Positions 50,894 to 59,718 of a DNA stretch of 64,000 nt are shown here, piece by piece; the stretch's first letter is position 1; each line of letters opens with the position of its first letter. The position numbers and the translations under genes are program-made. The stretch is from positions 88,366 through 152,365 of the forward strand of contig JBPCLP010000013.1 of the NCBI GenBank assembly GCA_051003195.1. The letters are read 5' to 3'. This stretch comes from Candidatus Sumerlaeaceae bacterium. Its GTDB lineage: Bacteria > Sumerlaeota > Sumerlaeia > Sumerlaeales > Sumerlaeaceae. Below the pieces are notes generated by a model. The model made no database searches. It had not been told where the DNA came from and saw only the letters and a program-made list of their open reading frames with translations.

Positions 50894-51589
50894 GTGATGG
50901 AGAAAAAACCGATTCTATCAGCCGCCTTGATGTGGCTATTGATGCAGATTCCCGCGTTCGCCCAAACAACGGGTACGACAGGCCCGGGTGGGGCAGCGAC
51001 TGGGACGAGTGCGGCAACCAATTCGACGGTTGGCGGATCGTTTACCAACAGCGGCGGAGCGGGCACTGGCGGCGTGGGGAGCGTTGGAATCAGCGGCACA
51101 TCGGGAACGACTGGCGCTGCAGGGGGCTCGTTCAGTTCTCCAACCGGACTAACCGCCGTGGGAACATCGAGCCCGCAGGGCGTGCCTTCACCGAGCATGA
51201 ATGCGATTCCGCGGCCCTCGATGAGCTCGATTCCACGTCCGTCGCTTTCGGGAATCGGAAGACCGGCAGCGGGCAGTCTTGCGGCGCCGCTGGCTTCGCA
51301 ACCTCCAACCGCGTCGGGCACCATTACCGCCAGCGGCCAGCTTGGTACGGGCGCACAGACGAGCGACGGCGCGGTGAATCCGGCGACGGTGGTGGTGACC
51401 CCGACTGCGAATGCGACTGGGGCCGACGGAACTACGGCTATTACGCCTGCTGGTGGAGGGAACACCGGAACTGGACTTGCGACGCCTGGGCAGACAATTA
51501 CGACAGAGGCTGGAACCGTGACGTTCTCGGATGGAAGTGGTTCGGCCGCGGGCACAGCGTCGTCGGACGGTGCGACCACTTCGCCTTAG
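50894..51589 (+). CDS. Secreted Thr/Gly/Ser/Ala-rich low-complexity protein
   Basis: Signal peptide ending PAFA, GGGAG RBS, mature part nearly uncharged. Confidence 0.7.
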   Translation: MMEKKPILSAALMWLLMQIPAFAQTTGTTGPGGAATGTSAATNSTVGGSFTNSGGAGTGGVGSVGISGTSGTTGAAGGSFSSPTGLTAVGTSSPQGVPSPSMNAIPRPSMSSIPRPSLSGIGRPAAGSLAAPLASQPPTASGTITASGQLGTGAQTSDGAVNPATVVVTPTANATGADGTTAITPAGGGNTGTGLATPGQTITTEAGTVTFSDGSGSAAGTASSDGATTSP

Positions 51590-51728
51590 AACGAACCCAA
51601 CGGTTGCAGCAGTTCAGGTAACCGGGCGCCGGATCGCTGCATTTGTAAGCTCTCGTTCAATTGAGGCTGGACATTGAGGAGGCCTGTCTATCGGGTACCG
51701 GCAACTTTAGCCGGGAGCTCGTATCCGC

Positions 51729-54188
51729 TTGCGACGTATTTACTGCGGTCTGTTTTTGATCACGCTTGTGACGTTGGGCTTCGAGCTTCTTCTGACCCGG
51801 CTGTTCAGCGTGGCGACATGGTACCACTTTGCGTTTATGGCAATTTCGATTGCCATGTTCGGGGCCACAGCCGGCGCTATTGCCGTGTACCTGGCGCCAG
51901 GTCGGTTTCCCCAGGAGCGCATACGCAGCCGGATGGCATCATGTAGCCTGCTGTTTGCGGTGACGATGATTTTTGCGCTGCTGGTCGTAGCGTGGATTCC
52001 GTTTTCGGCGGAAACAACGTCCGGTGTCGGAAAGCCAAGTGCGTCCCTGGGTGGTGTATTAAGTCTGACGTTTGTCTACCTCTGCGTCGCTGTTCCGTTC
52101 TTTTTCAGCGGTATAATAGTTACGCTCGCGCTGACCCGTTTTCCTGCGCGCGTGAACAGCCTTTACGCTACCGATCTTCTGGGTGCGGCACTTGGCTGCC
52201 TGTTTGTGGTCGTGCTGCTGCAGGCCTCGGATGGTCCGGGAAGCGTGATCGCATTCAGTGCACTTGCTGCACTGGCGGCTCTGCTGTTTTCGGGCGGAGC
52301 AGACTCGCACGTTCCGCGGCAGACAAGATGGCTTTATGGCATGGCGACCGTTTTGCTGGCTGTGTTTGCGATAGGTCAGGGCATCGCGGCACGTAAGCAG
52401 TATCCGCTCATACGGATGCACTACTCGAAAGGTCTCAAAGAAGAGCGCGCATTATACGAGAAATGGAACGCCTTCTCGCGAATCCGCGTGGAAGGAAATC
52501 CCCGTGAAGCCGGCCCGCCCAGAGGCTGGGGAATGAGCAGCCGCTATAAGGCAGATCCGGTGCGACAACTGGACCTGCGGATTGACGGCGGCGCGGGAAC
52601 CATGCTCATGAATTTTGACGGCGATGCCTCCAAACTCGAGTATCTCAAGTACGACATAATCAACCTGGCGCAGTACCTGCGGACAAATGGGGATGTGGTC
52701 GCGATAGGTGCCGGCGGCGGCCGGGATATTTTATCGGCGATAGCGTTTGGCCAGAAACATGTGACGGGTGTGGAAATAAACGGCAGCATCATCAAGGCCG
52801 TGACCAAAGTGTTTCGGAAATTTACCGGGCACCTGGACCAGATTTCGACGGTCACACTCGTGAATGATGAGGCGCGAAGCTTTATTACGCGCAGTCAGCA
52901 GTTGTATAACATCATCCAGATATCATTGATCGACACATGGGCGGCTTCATCCGCGGGTGCGTACGTTCTAACCGAGAATTCGCTTTATACCGTGGAAGCG
53001 TGGAAAACGTTCCTGGAACACCTGAAACCGGGCGGGATTCTGACGGTTTCGCGCTGGTACAACAATTTTGGACCGACGGAAGTCTACCGGACCGTGGGGC
53101 TTGCAGCGGAAGCGTTGAAGCAAACGGGCGCTGGCGAGCCGCGTGAGCATATCCTGATAGCACGCACGACGGATGAAAGTCCGGGCAAAGCAGGGGTAGT
53201 GGTGGGAACCGTGCTGGTGAGCAATTCGCCATTCAGCACGCATGATGTTAATCGGTTCACGTCCACGTGCACCAGCCTCGGATACAAACTGGTGCTCACG
53301 CCCACATTTGCGGAGGACAAGATCTTCGCGGCGCTGAGCCATGCAGACTTTGCGGAGGCGGCAAAGCACACACCGCTGAAGGTGACGCCGCCGACCGATG
53401 ACAGCCCGTTCTTTTTCCATTTTGTGCACCTGAAGGATGTGTTTCGGCCATCGACGTGGAGCAACGAGTTCTTTACGTTTAACCTGAAAGCGGTTGTGGT
53501 ACTTGGAGTGCTGTTGCTCATCGTGAGCGTTCTCACTGCCGCGTGTATTCTGTTCCCGCTATGGATCGGAACGCGCCGCCATCTTGAAGGCTGGAATCCA
53601 GGTTTGCCCCTGCTGTACTTTGGGTGCATCGGGATGGGGTTCATGCTGGTGGAAATATCCCAGATGCAGCGGCTCATCGTATTTCTGGGCCACCCGATTT
53701 ACGGCCTATCGGTCGTGCTTTTTGTGATCCTTTCGGCTGCCGGGGTTGGCAGCCTTGCTGCTGCCGGAATTTCCAGGCGAATAGGAGTAACCAGCACGTT
53801 TGCGAGTGTGGTGATCATGCTGATCCTGTTTGGAGTTGCAGCGCCGACTGTGCTCGAGACGTTTCGCGCATCCAGCACACCTGTGCGAATTGTTGTCGCG
53901 GCGCTTCTCCTGGCGCCTGTCGCGTTTTGCCTGGGCTTTGCTTTTCCGATTGGGATGCGGCTGGCCCAGGCACATACACCCGCTGCCACGGCATGGCTGT
54001 GGGGTGTCAATGGAGCGACGTCGGTATTGGCGTCGGTGCTGGCGGTAGCGATGGGAATCTTTGTGGGAATCAGCGCGACGTTCTGGACTGGCGTTGCGGT
54101 TTACCTGGTTGCTGCGATGTTGTGCGCAGCTTTAAGCAGCCGCGTTAAGGCGGCGGTGCAGCAAGCTACCAGTGTCGTCTACCCCTAG
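51729..54188 (+). CDS. Membrane-embedded spermidine-synthase-like SAM-dependent transferase
   Basis: TM bundles on both sides of a class I SAM fold (IGAGGGRD, GVEIN, DEARSF), with PTDDSPFF and WLWGVNG. Confidence 0.85.
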   Translation: MRRIYCGLFLITLVTLGFELLLTRLFSVATWYHFAFMAISIAMFGATAGAIAVYLAPGRFPQERIRSRMASCSLLFAVTMIFALLVVAWIPFSAETTSGVGKPSASLGGVLSLTFVYLCVAVPFFFSGIIVTLALTRFPARVNSLYATDLLGAALGCLFVVVLLQASDGPGSVIAFSALAALAALLFSGGADSHVPRQTRWLYGMATVLLAVFAIGQGIAARKQYPLIRMHYSKGLKEERALYEKWNAFSRIRVEGNPREAGPPRGWGMSSRYKADPVRQLDLRIDGGAGTMLMNFDGDASKLEYLKYDIINLAQYLRTNGDVVAIGAGGGRDILSAIAFGQKHVTGVEINGSIIKAVTKVFRKFTGHLDQISTVTLVNDEARSFITRSQQLYNIIQISLIDTWAASSAGAYVLTENSLYTVEAWKTFLEHLKPGGILTVSRWYNNFGPTEVYRTVGLAAEALKQTGAGEPREHILIARTTDESPGKAGVVVGTVLVSNSPFSTHDVNRFTSTCTSLGYKLVLTPTFAEDKIFAALSHADFAEAAKHTPLKVTPPTDDSPFFFHFVHLKDVFRPSTWSNEFFTFNLKAVVVLGVLLLIVSVLTAACILFPLWIGTRRHLEGWNPGLPLLYFGCIGMGFMLVEISQMQRLIVFLGHPIYGLSVVLFVILSAAGVGSLAAAGISRRIGVTSTFASVVIMLILFGVAAPTVLETFRASSTPVRIVVAALLLAPVAFCLGFAFPIGMRLAQAHTPAATAWLWGVNGATSVLASVLAVAMGIFVGISATFWTGVAVYLVAAMLCAALSSRVKAAVQQATSVVYP

Positions 54189-54268
54189 TTCGTAATCAGT
54201 TTTGTGTGCCGAACTGAGCTCATTTTCCGCGCTCAAACTGGATGGAGACATATGGTTCGGCACATTAG
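54169..54268 (+). mobile_element. Miniature element copy E (alpha, 100 bp), overlapping a stop codon
   Basis: CCAGTGTCGTCTACCCCTAGTTCG...TGTGCCGAAC...GTTCGGCACATTAG. Confidence 0.85.
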
Positions 54269-54271
54269 TTC

Positions 54272-54958
54272 TTAATACACCGCCCAGTCGGGGATGCCCG
54301 ATGTACCAACCGGCGGACTGCTGGAATTACGCGGGGCGTTTACTCCGCCTGCAGACAGAACATCGAAATCGGCCCCGTTGTTGTTCGTATCCTGCAGGCC
54401 AGCATTTTTGCGAACGGCCACCTGGTTTTGGGTTAACGAATTCCCGTAATTGACGGCGGCGCTACCCTCGGCGTTGTTGGAATTTCCATATGCGACCAGA
54501 TCCAGCACCCGTGAGTCGGGCAGGGGCAGGGGCGTAGCAGGTGCACCGAGGTTTAATGCCGTCGTTTGATTGACGACTACCAGCTTGCCTCCATTGGGGC
54601 TTAAATCGAGATTGCCCGTACTAAGATCGTAACCCGTGACAGCGGTACCACTTGTTCCGGTTGTGCCACATTTGATCAGCAGATAGCGACCCGCGCCGAT
54701 CGTGATCCCATTGGGAAAAACGTAAATGTTTGAAGCCTGGGAACCAAAATTTCCGGTGGCGGTGCCGTACTGAACGGAATGGTTCGTAAGCGTGAAGGTC
54801 GTGCTGGTTGGATTTAAAAGTTCGATATAATCGTTAAGATAGAAGCCGATTGTGCTTCCGCCAGGGAAGATCTGACTGATCACCACTTGAGCCGGTGCAG
54901 TCTGGCCTGCGAGTAACAGAAAAATAATGAGAATTGATGCAGATACGTGGCCGCGCAT
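54272..54958 (-). CDS. Secreted lamin-tail-domain protein with C-terminal WxxY motif
   Basis: QVVISQIFPGG, NDYIELLN, SVQY, DLVAYG, QDTNNNGADF and PRNS; ends SGIPDWAVY. Confidence 0.85.
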   Translation of the reverse strand: MRGHVSASILIIFLLLAGQTAPAQVVISQIFPGGSTIGFYLNDYIELLNPTSTTFTLTNHSVQYGTATGNFGSQASNIYVFPNGITIGAGRYLLIKCGTTGTSGTAVTGYDLSTGNLDLSPNGGKLVVVNQTTALNLGAPATPLPLPDSRVLDLVAYGNSNNAEGSAAVNYGNSLTQNQVAVRKNAGLQDTNNNGADFDVLSAGGVNAPRNSSSPPVGTSGIPDWAVY

Positions 54959-55090
54959 ACTTATTTCTCCGACAAGGATGTCGTAGCGTTAGGAATCGTT
55001 ATAGCAGCAACTTCAACAGAAAATAGAGCGATTGGGTCACGCAGATTGCGCGGCCGTAAATGGTGCTGAGGTTTGGTGGTAGGTGTGTGC

Positions 55091-56221
55091 ATGAAAGTGG
55101 AGCTAACCCTGGGCCGTGAGATTCCGGTCACTTCTCGAATTCTCGTGGCCATGAGTGGAGGAGTTGACAGCGCCCTGACAGCGGTTTTGCTGCGGCGCGA
55201 GGGATTCGAGTGCGTCGGCATTAACATGCGTACGTATCATCCGAACGAGGCGGACGTTGCCAGCGGGCGCAAATTCCAGACATGCTGTTCGCCCGAAGAT
55301 GCCGGCGATGCGCGTGCAGTGGCGCTGGGTGAGGATTTTCCGTTCTATGTGCTCGACCTGGAAAAGGAATTTCACGCAGCCGTGGTTCAGCCTTTCATTC
55401 GCAATTATTTGCAGGGCCTGACGCCGAACCCGTGTGTCCTTTGTAACAATCATTTGAAGCTCGGAGTACTGCTGGAAAAGGCGCGGCTATATGGGTGCGA
55501 CTATGTCGCCACGGGACACTATGCGCGGGTGATTGAGAACGGCGTGACCGGACGCACGGAGCTGCACCGGGCGGCAGACCTGAGCAAGGACCAGACGTAT
55601 TATCTATTCGGCCTGCGGCAGGATCAGTTGCAGCGTTTTATATGTCCGCTGGGTGGGTTGCAGAAGAGCACGGTGCGGCAACTGGCACGTGAGTACGGGC
55701 TGGAGGTTGCGGAAAAGCCGGATTCGATGGAAATCTGTTTTGTGCCCGGCAATGACTACCGCACGTTTCTTCGTGGAAAAGTGGAGGCAGAGGCGATACA
55801 GCCGGGGGCGATCGTGACGATCGACGGGGATGTGCTCGGCCGCCACGAGGGCATCGCCTTCTATACGATTGGCCAGCGTAAAGGACTCGGTATCAGCAGC
55901 GCGACACCCATGTATGTCGTCGATATCCTGCCGGAAGAGAACCTGGTGGTGGTAGGAGCTGCAGAGCAGACAATGAGCGATGGCCTGGTTTGTGAAAGGA
56001 TGAACTGGGTGGCGATCGAGTCACCGAGGTTGGCGATTGAAGCGTCGGCGCAGATACGCTATCGGCATGCGGCGGCGCCGTGTGTCGTGACTCCCTTGAC
56101 GGACGGCCGGTTCGAAGTGCGGTTTCAAGAGCGACAGCGCAGTGTTACCCCGGGACAGGCCGTCGTGTTTTATGAAGGAGATTCTGTGCTTGGGGGCGGA
56201 TGGATCGTGAGCCGAATTTGA
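55091..56221 (+). CDS. mnmA: tRNA-specific 2-thiouridylase
   Basis: AMSGGVDS, TPNPCVLCN, ATGHYA, KDQTY, TIGQRKGL and TPGQAVVFY. Confidence 0.97.
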   Translation: MKVELTLGREIPVTSRILVAMSGGVDSALTAVLLRREGFECVGINMRTYHPNEADVASGRKFQTCCSPEDAGDARAVALGEDFPFYVLDLEKEFHAAVVQPFIRNYLQGLTPNPCVLCNNHLKLGVLLEKARLYGCDYVATGHYARVIENGVTGRTELHRAADLSKDQTYYLFGLRQDQLQRFICPLGGLQKSTVRQLAREYGLEVAEKPDSMEICFVPGNDYRTFLRGKVEAEAIQPGAIVTIDGDVLGRHEGIAFYTIGQRKGLGISSATPMYVVDILPEENLVVVGAAEQTMSDGLVCERMNWVAIESPRLAIEASAQIRYRHAAAPCVVTPLTDGRFEVRFQERQRSVTPGQAVVFYEGDSVLGGGWIVSRI

Positions 56222-56228
56222 GAGCGGA

Positions 56229-56915
56229 GTGGAAAGTGTCCACGCAGCGATGACGCCCCAGGCGCTCGATAAACTGTGGAGAAAATCCCAGGCGCAGATA
56301 CCTCATCTGCAAGCAGGGGAGTACGCGGATCTTTATGCACTCTCGTTGCGTCTCCATCAGCCGAAAGCGCGCTTCTGGGGTGTCGTGGATGAAAAGCGCC
56401 GTCACAACGACATGAGTATTGTGCACTGTTTCAACTTCGGTAACACGACGGTGAAGTATCCGTGGCAGGCAGAAGCTGTAAATTATGGAATGCGTCTTCC
56501 GCTGAGAATCGTTCGGTCCGGAACCGTGCGTGCTCAAAAAACTTATCGCACTTTGCTGCACCAACTGGAAGCGCCCTTCCTGGTTTTTGGTTTTGAAGAT
56601 GCATCGCTTGCGGAGGAGCGGCTTGAGAGCGGGTTTATCATCAGCGAGCCGGGCAGCGCTGAACTTGTCAGCGAACGCGAGGTCGTAATGGCGCCGGGCT
56701 TTGCGCCGCCTGACGATGGAGGGCTGCTGTTTTACTTTCTGACGAAGCGACTCGGATTCACGGCAGAAACGATGGATCCGTATGTGTTGCGTGGCTCAGA
56801 AGCCACTTTATCACGATTTAGAATGCGCATCTCAGAACCGATGTTGCTTGAGCCGGGCTGGGTGTTGCTGATGCTGGAAAAAGATCGCTGGATGTGGGGA
56901 GTGGTGGTCGCATGA
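56229..56915 (+). CDS. Hypothetical protein
   Basis: 228-aa ORF 7 bp downstream of mnmA on the same strand. Confidence 0.65.
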   Translation: MESVHAAMTPQALDKLWRKSQAQIPHLQAGEYADLYALSLRLHQPKARFWGVVDEKRRHNDMSIVHCFNFGNTTVKYPWQAEAVNYGMRLPLRIVRSGTVRAQKTYRTLLHQLEAPFLVFGFEDASLAEERLESGFIISEPGSAELVSEREVVMAPGFAPPDDGGLLFYFLTKRLGFTAETMDPYVLRGSEATLSRFRMRISEPMLLEPGWVLLMLEKDRWMWGVVVA

Positions 56916-56944
56916 GCAGCGGACTGTGCGATTAGATGCGCGCG

Positions 56945-57448
56945 CTATTTGACCGGGGCGGCCAGTAAAAACGCGTCACGGCTGGGGCCGTAGTAATTGC
57001 GAATGGTGCGAACAGGCTTAAATCCGAATGCGTAGTGCAGTTCGAGGGAGGGCTTGTTAGTGACACTGATCTGGCAGGTGACCTGCTGATGGCCCAGCTC
57101 CTTCAACTTTTTTAGCGATTCCGTGACAAGGATCTTGCCGATACCCATGCGCCTGAACTGTGGATGCACATCGAGGGTGATCAGCTCTCCGGCGAGGCAA
57201 TCAAACAGGTGAAATGCAATGAGCCGGGGAACGCCATCCACCAGTTCGCGGCGCCTGATGAGACCGGCTCCATTGAGCGAGACAAACATCCGCAGAGTTC
57301 GCAGATCGTAGTTTTCCGGGGGCGGAAAGCAGAGTTTTTCGAGTTCGGCCATCTCGCGCAGCTCTGCATCCGTAACCATGGGCTTGAGAAAACGGCGTCG
57401 ACTGTAGGCGATATTATAATCGCGCAGCAGCGGATCGTGAAGAATCAT
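56945..57448 (-). CDS. GNAT acetyltransferase (RimI-like)
   Basis: LDVHPQFRRMGIG, N..S..L...FGF and RNYYG. Confidence 0.88.
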   Translation of the reverse strand: MILHDPLLRDYNIAYSRRRFLKPMVTDAELREMAELEKLCFPPPENYDLRTLRMFVSLNGAGLIRRRELVDGVPRLIAFHLFDCLAGELITLDVHPQFRRMGIGKILVTESLKKLKELGHQQVTCQISVTNKPSLELHYAFGFKPVRTIRNYYGPSRDAFLLAAPVK

Positions 57449-57521
57449 CGAAGAGATGGTGCGGATTTTGTGCGGCTACTCAATCACGAAAGCGTAGCCT
57501 GCGGAACGAAAGTTAAGCCCG

Positions 57522-58469
57522 CTACTTGCGGGACTTAGCGGCCCCTGGCGTGGCCTTCGAGTTTAGGCCGCTGGCGGCCTTGTCGAGGTTCTGGATGCCC
57601 ATGAGAATCATGGCGTCCTGCTGGCTACTGCTTCCTTCCGCCAGGTTTTGTGCGGCTTCGCCCGCGAGATGGTTCATGTTCATGACATTTAGTTTTTCCG
57701 ATATCGGCAATTCGGCCGATCTATCTTTGATCTGCTCGACGCGGCGCTTTAGCAACAGGGCCTCCTGCTGGACTGCGTCATAGTCACCCTGGTCGAACGC
57801 CTGTTGCAGCCGATCGCGCGTTGCCTGAAAGTCTATCCGCGTTTTATCGACGTCCATGGGGGTAGGAGCTGGTAGCGCCTGAGAATGTTTATAAGCTTCA
57901 GAGAGGCGGTTGGTAAGCTTGTCTTTCCCGGCGGAGTTGGGGATGCGAGAAACACCGGGTTCAATTTCCGGCGTGCTGCTGCGCCTGGTGGTTCCAGTCA
58001 GATTGGAATAGGGCGGCGGGTATGCCTGGTAAGATTGCATGTGCCCGGTGGAGTGTGAAACTGTTCCGCCCTGCATTCGAAGCTGGTAATCCGCGCGGCT
58101 CTCTCCCACACGAGGGTCACCGCCTTGGATCTCAGGCGATGATCCTGTGGAAGGTGACATTCGCGGGCTGCGTCGAGCGTTGCTGGGCAAACCCGGGTAC
58201 AGGGATTTTACGGAGCCGGACGGAACCCCTTCCGGGGGACGGAATGATGGTGTGCCTGTCACGGTTGGTCCGACAATCTGACCAGGGCTTCCACGATACC
58301 CGGGCGGCGGTCTGAAGGCCGGATCAGCACCAGGTGAATTGGTGGGCTTACCCATTCCGAACCACCCGGAGCGCCTATCCGTTTTTTTATCATTTTCGGG
58401 CGACTTGGCGCTGGCCGAACACACCAGAGAGCACGCCAGTATCACCCATATAGCAGAGTTACAGTTCAT
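57522..58469 (-). CDS. Secreted hypothetical protein (Pro/Ser-rich N-terminus, helical C-terminus)
   Basis: Signal peptide ending SASA. Confidence 0.65.
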   Translation of the reverse strand: MNCNSAIWVILACSLVCSASAKSPENDKKTDRRSGWFGMGKPTNSPGADPAFRPPPGYRGSPGQIVGPTVTGTPSFRPPEGVPSGSVKSLYPGLPSNARRSPRMSPSTGSSPEIQGGDPRVGESRADYQLRMQGGTVSHSTGHMQSYQAYPPPYSNLTGTTRRSSTPEIEPGVSRIPNSAGKDKLTNRLSEAYKHSQALPAPTPMDVDKTRIDFQATRDRLQQAFDQGDYDAVQQEALLLKRRVEQIKDRSAELPISEKLNVMNMNHLAGEAAQNLAEGSSSQQDAMILMGIQNLDKAASGLNSKATPGAAKSRK

Positions 58470-58782
58470 CTGGGTGGGTGATGGGAACATGTAGCGTGCC
58501 ATGGTCAAGCGGGGAAACAGCCGCAAAATCCCGGGTGCAGAACACTGGAGCGGTTAAACTAAGATGATCATTTTAAGGCGCGACATTAATATGGGTTGCG
58601 AGATTGTCGGTAAAACGTTCCGAAAACAGGCATGGTAGTGTAAGGGTTTTGGGCACAATGAAATAGCATTGGGCGAATAGCAGTACCGAAGATTTGTTTC
58701 GGGATTGGCGCCTGCACTCGGGGCGGGCGGCGCTAAGCGTCGGCCGACCGTTCACCAGGTGACTAAAACGGGAGATGATCCC

Positions 58783-59454
58783 ATGAAACGCTTTGATTTA
58801 GCCGTTGTCGACCGCCAGGATATCGGCAAGGGCGCAAACCGCCGCCTGCGCAGCTCTGGCAAGATTCCAGCCGTAATATACGGTGCAGAGAGCGACGCGC
58901 GGAAAGTCACACTCGATTATCGTGAATTCGACAAGCTGATCGCCTCGCCCGGTGGCGAGACCGGCCTGCTCGATCTCAAGAGTAATGGCGGCGCCTCAAA
59001 TGTCGCGATCATTCGCGAAGTGCAGAGGGACCCGGTCACGAGACGCTTTCTGCATGTTGATCTTTATGCGATCCGTATGGACCAGGAGAACAACTTCGAA
59101 GTGGCCGTGCATGGTGTGGGCATTCCAGTTGGTGTTCGCGAGGGCGGCCTGCTCGAGACTCACATTCGTTCAGTAACCGTCAGGTGTCTGCCGGCAAACA
59201 TTCCGAATGTTTTCAACATTGATCTGCTCGGCCTGAAGGGCAACCAGTCGGTCCACGTCAGCGATATTAAAGTGCCGGAAAACGTGACGATGGTGACGGA
59301 CCCGCATGAAGTGCTGTTTACCGTTATCGTGCTCCGCGCAGAAAAGGTTGTTACTGAAGAAGCCGCCGCCGCCGAGGCAGCCCCCGCTGCACCAGAGGTC
59401 ATTGGCAAGAAGAAGGCGGAAGAAGGCGACGCCAAGCCTCCTGCAAAGAAGTAA
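58783..59454 (+). CDS. rplY: 50S ribosomal protein bL25/Ctc (long form)
   Basis: GKGANRRLR..GKIPAVIYG, EVQRDPV...LHVD, GVREGG and PEVIGKK. Confidence 0.95.
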   Translation: MKRFDLAVVDRQDIGKGANRRLRSSGKIPAVIYGAESDARKVTLDYREFDKLIASPGGETGLLDLKSNGGASNVAIIREVQRDPVTRRFLHVDLYAIRMDQENNFEVAVHGVGIPVGVREGGLLETHIRSVTVRCLPANIPNVFNIDLLGLKGNQSVHVSDIKVPENVTMVTDPHEVLFTVIVLRAEKVVTEEAAAAEAAPAAPEVIGKKKAEEGDAKPPAKK

Positions 59455-59678
59455 GCTGTGTGGCGTACGAGAGATTCATACCGTATTTTCAGTTTCCGGC
59501 GCCCCTTCAGGGCGCGAAAAATGGGGTGCTGTAACCCAGGGTTACGGATTCCAAAAAGCCGGAATCCTGACCCTGGGCTGAGTCCCGCTGCACCTTCGGT
59601 GCAAAAAACCTGAGGCTGCGGATTCCAAAAAGCCGGAATCCGGTAATTATACCGCGAAATTCTGAGACAGCATAGTAG
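59455..59678 (+). mobile_element. Miniature element copy F (delta, 224 bp) carrying REP-like hairpins
   Basis: Left end GCTGTGTGGCGTACGAGAGATTCA, right end GAAATTCTGAGACAGCATAGTAG (17/23 match to the family end); 49-bp block shared with 63946-63994. Confidence 0.7.
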
Positions 59679-59693
59679 ATAACAAACATATGG

Positions 59694-59718
59694 GGCCCGG
59701 CTGCATGCCGGGCCTTTT
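59694..59718 (+). terminator. Intrinsic terminator downstream of rplY
   Basis: GGCCCGGC-TGCAT-GCCGGGCC-TTTT. Confidence 0.75.

Noticed and set aside
50650..51579. 309-aa Pro/Val/Ala-rich minus-strand ORF
   Set aside because: Antisense to the Thr/Gly-rich gene, which has the signal peptide and RBS.
46268..54188. Polyamine pathway cluster (AguB-like amidase plus spermidine-synthase-like protein)
   Set aside because: The genes are separated by unrelated ones, there is no agmatine deiminase here, and the membrane transferase's substrate is unknown.
58660..58782. Structured rplY leader (possible autoregulatory RNA)
   Set aside because: Only short GC-rich hairpins are visible; it cannot be supported without comparative data.
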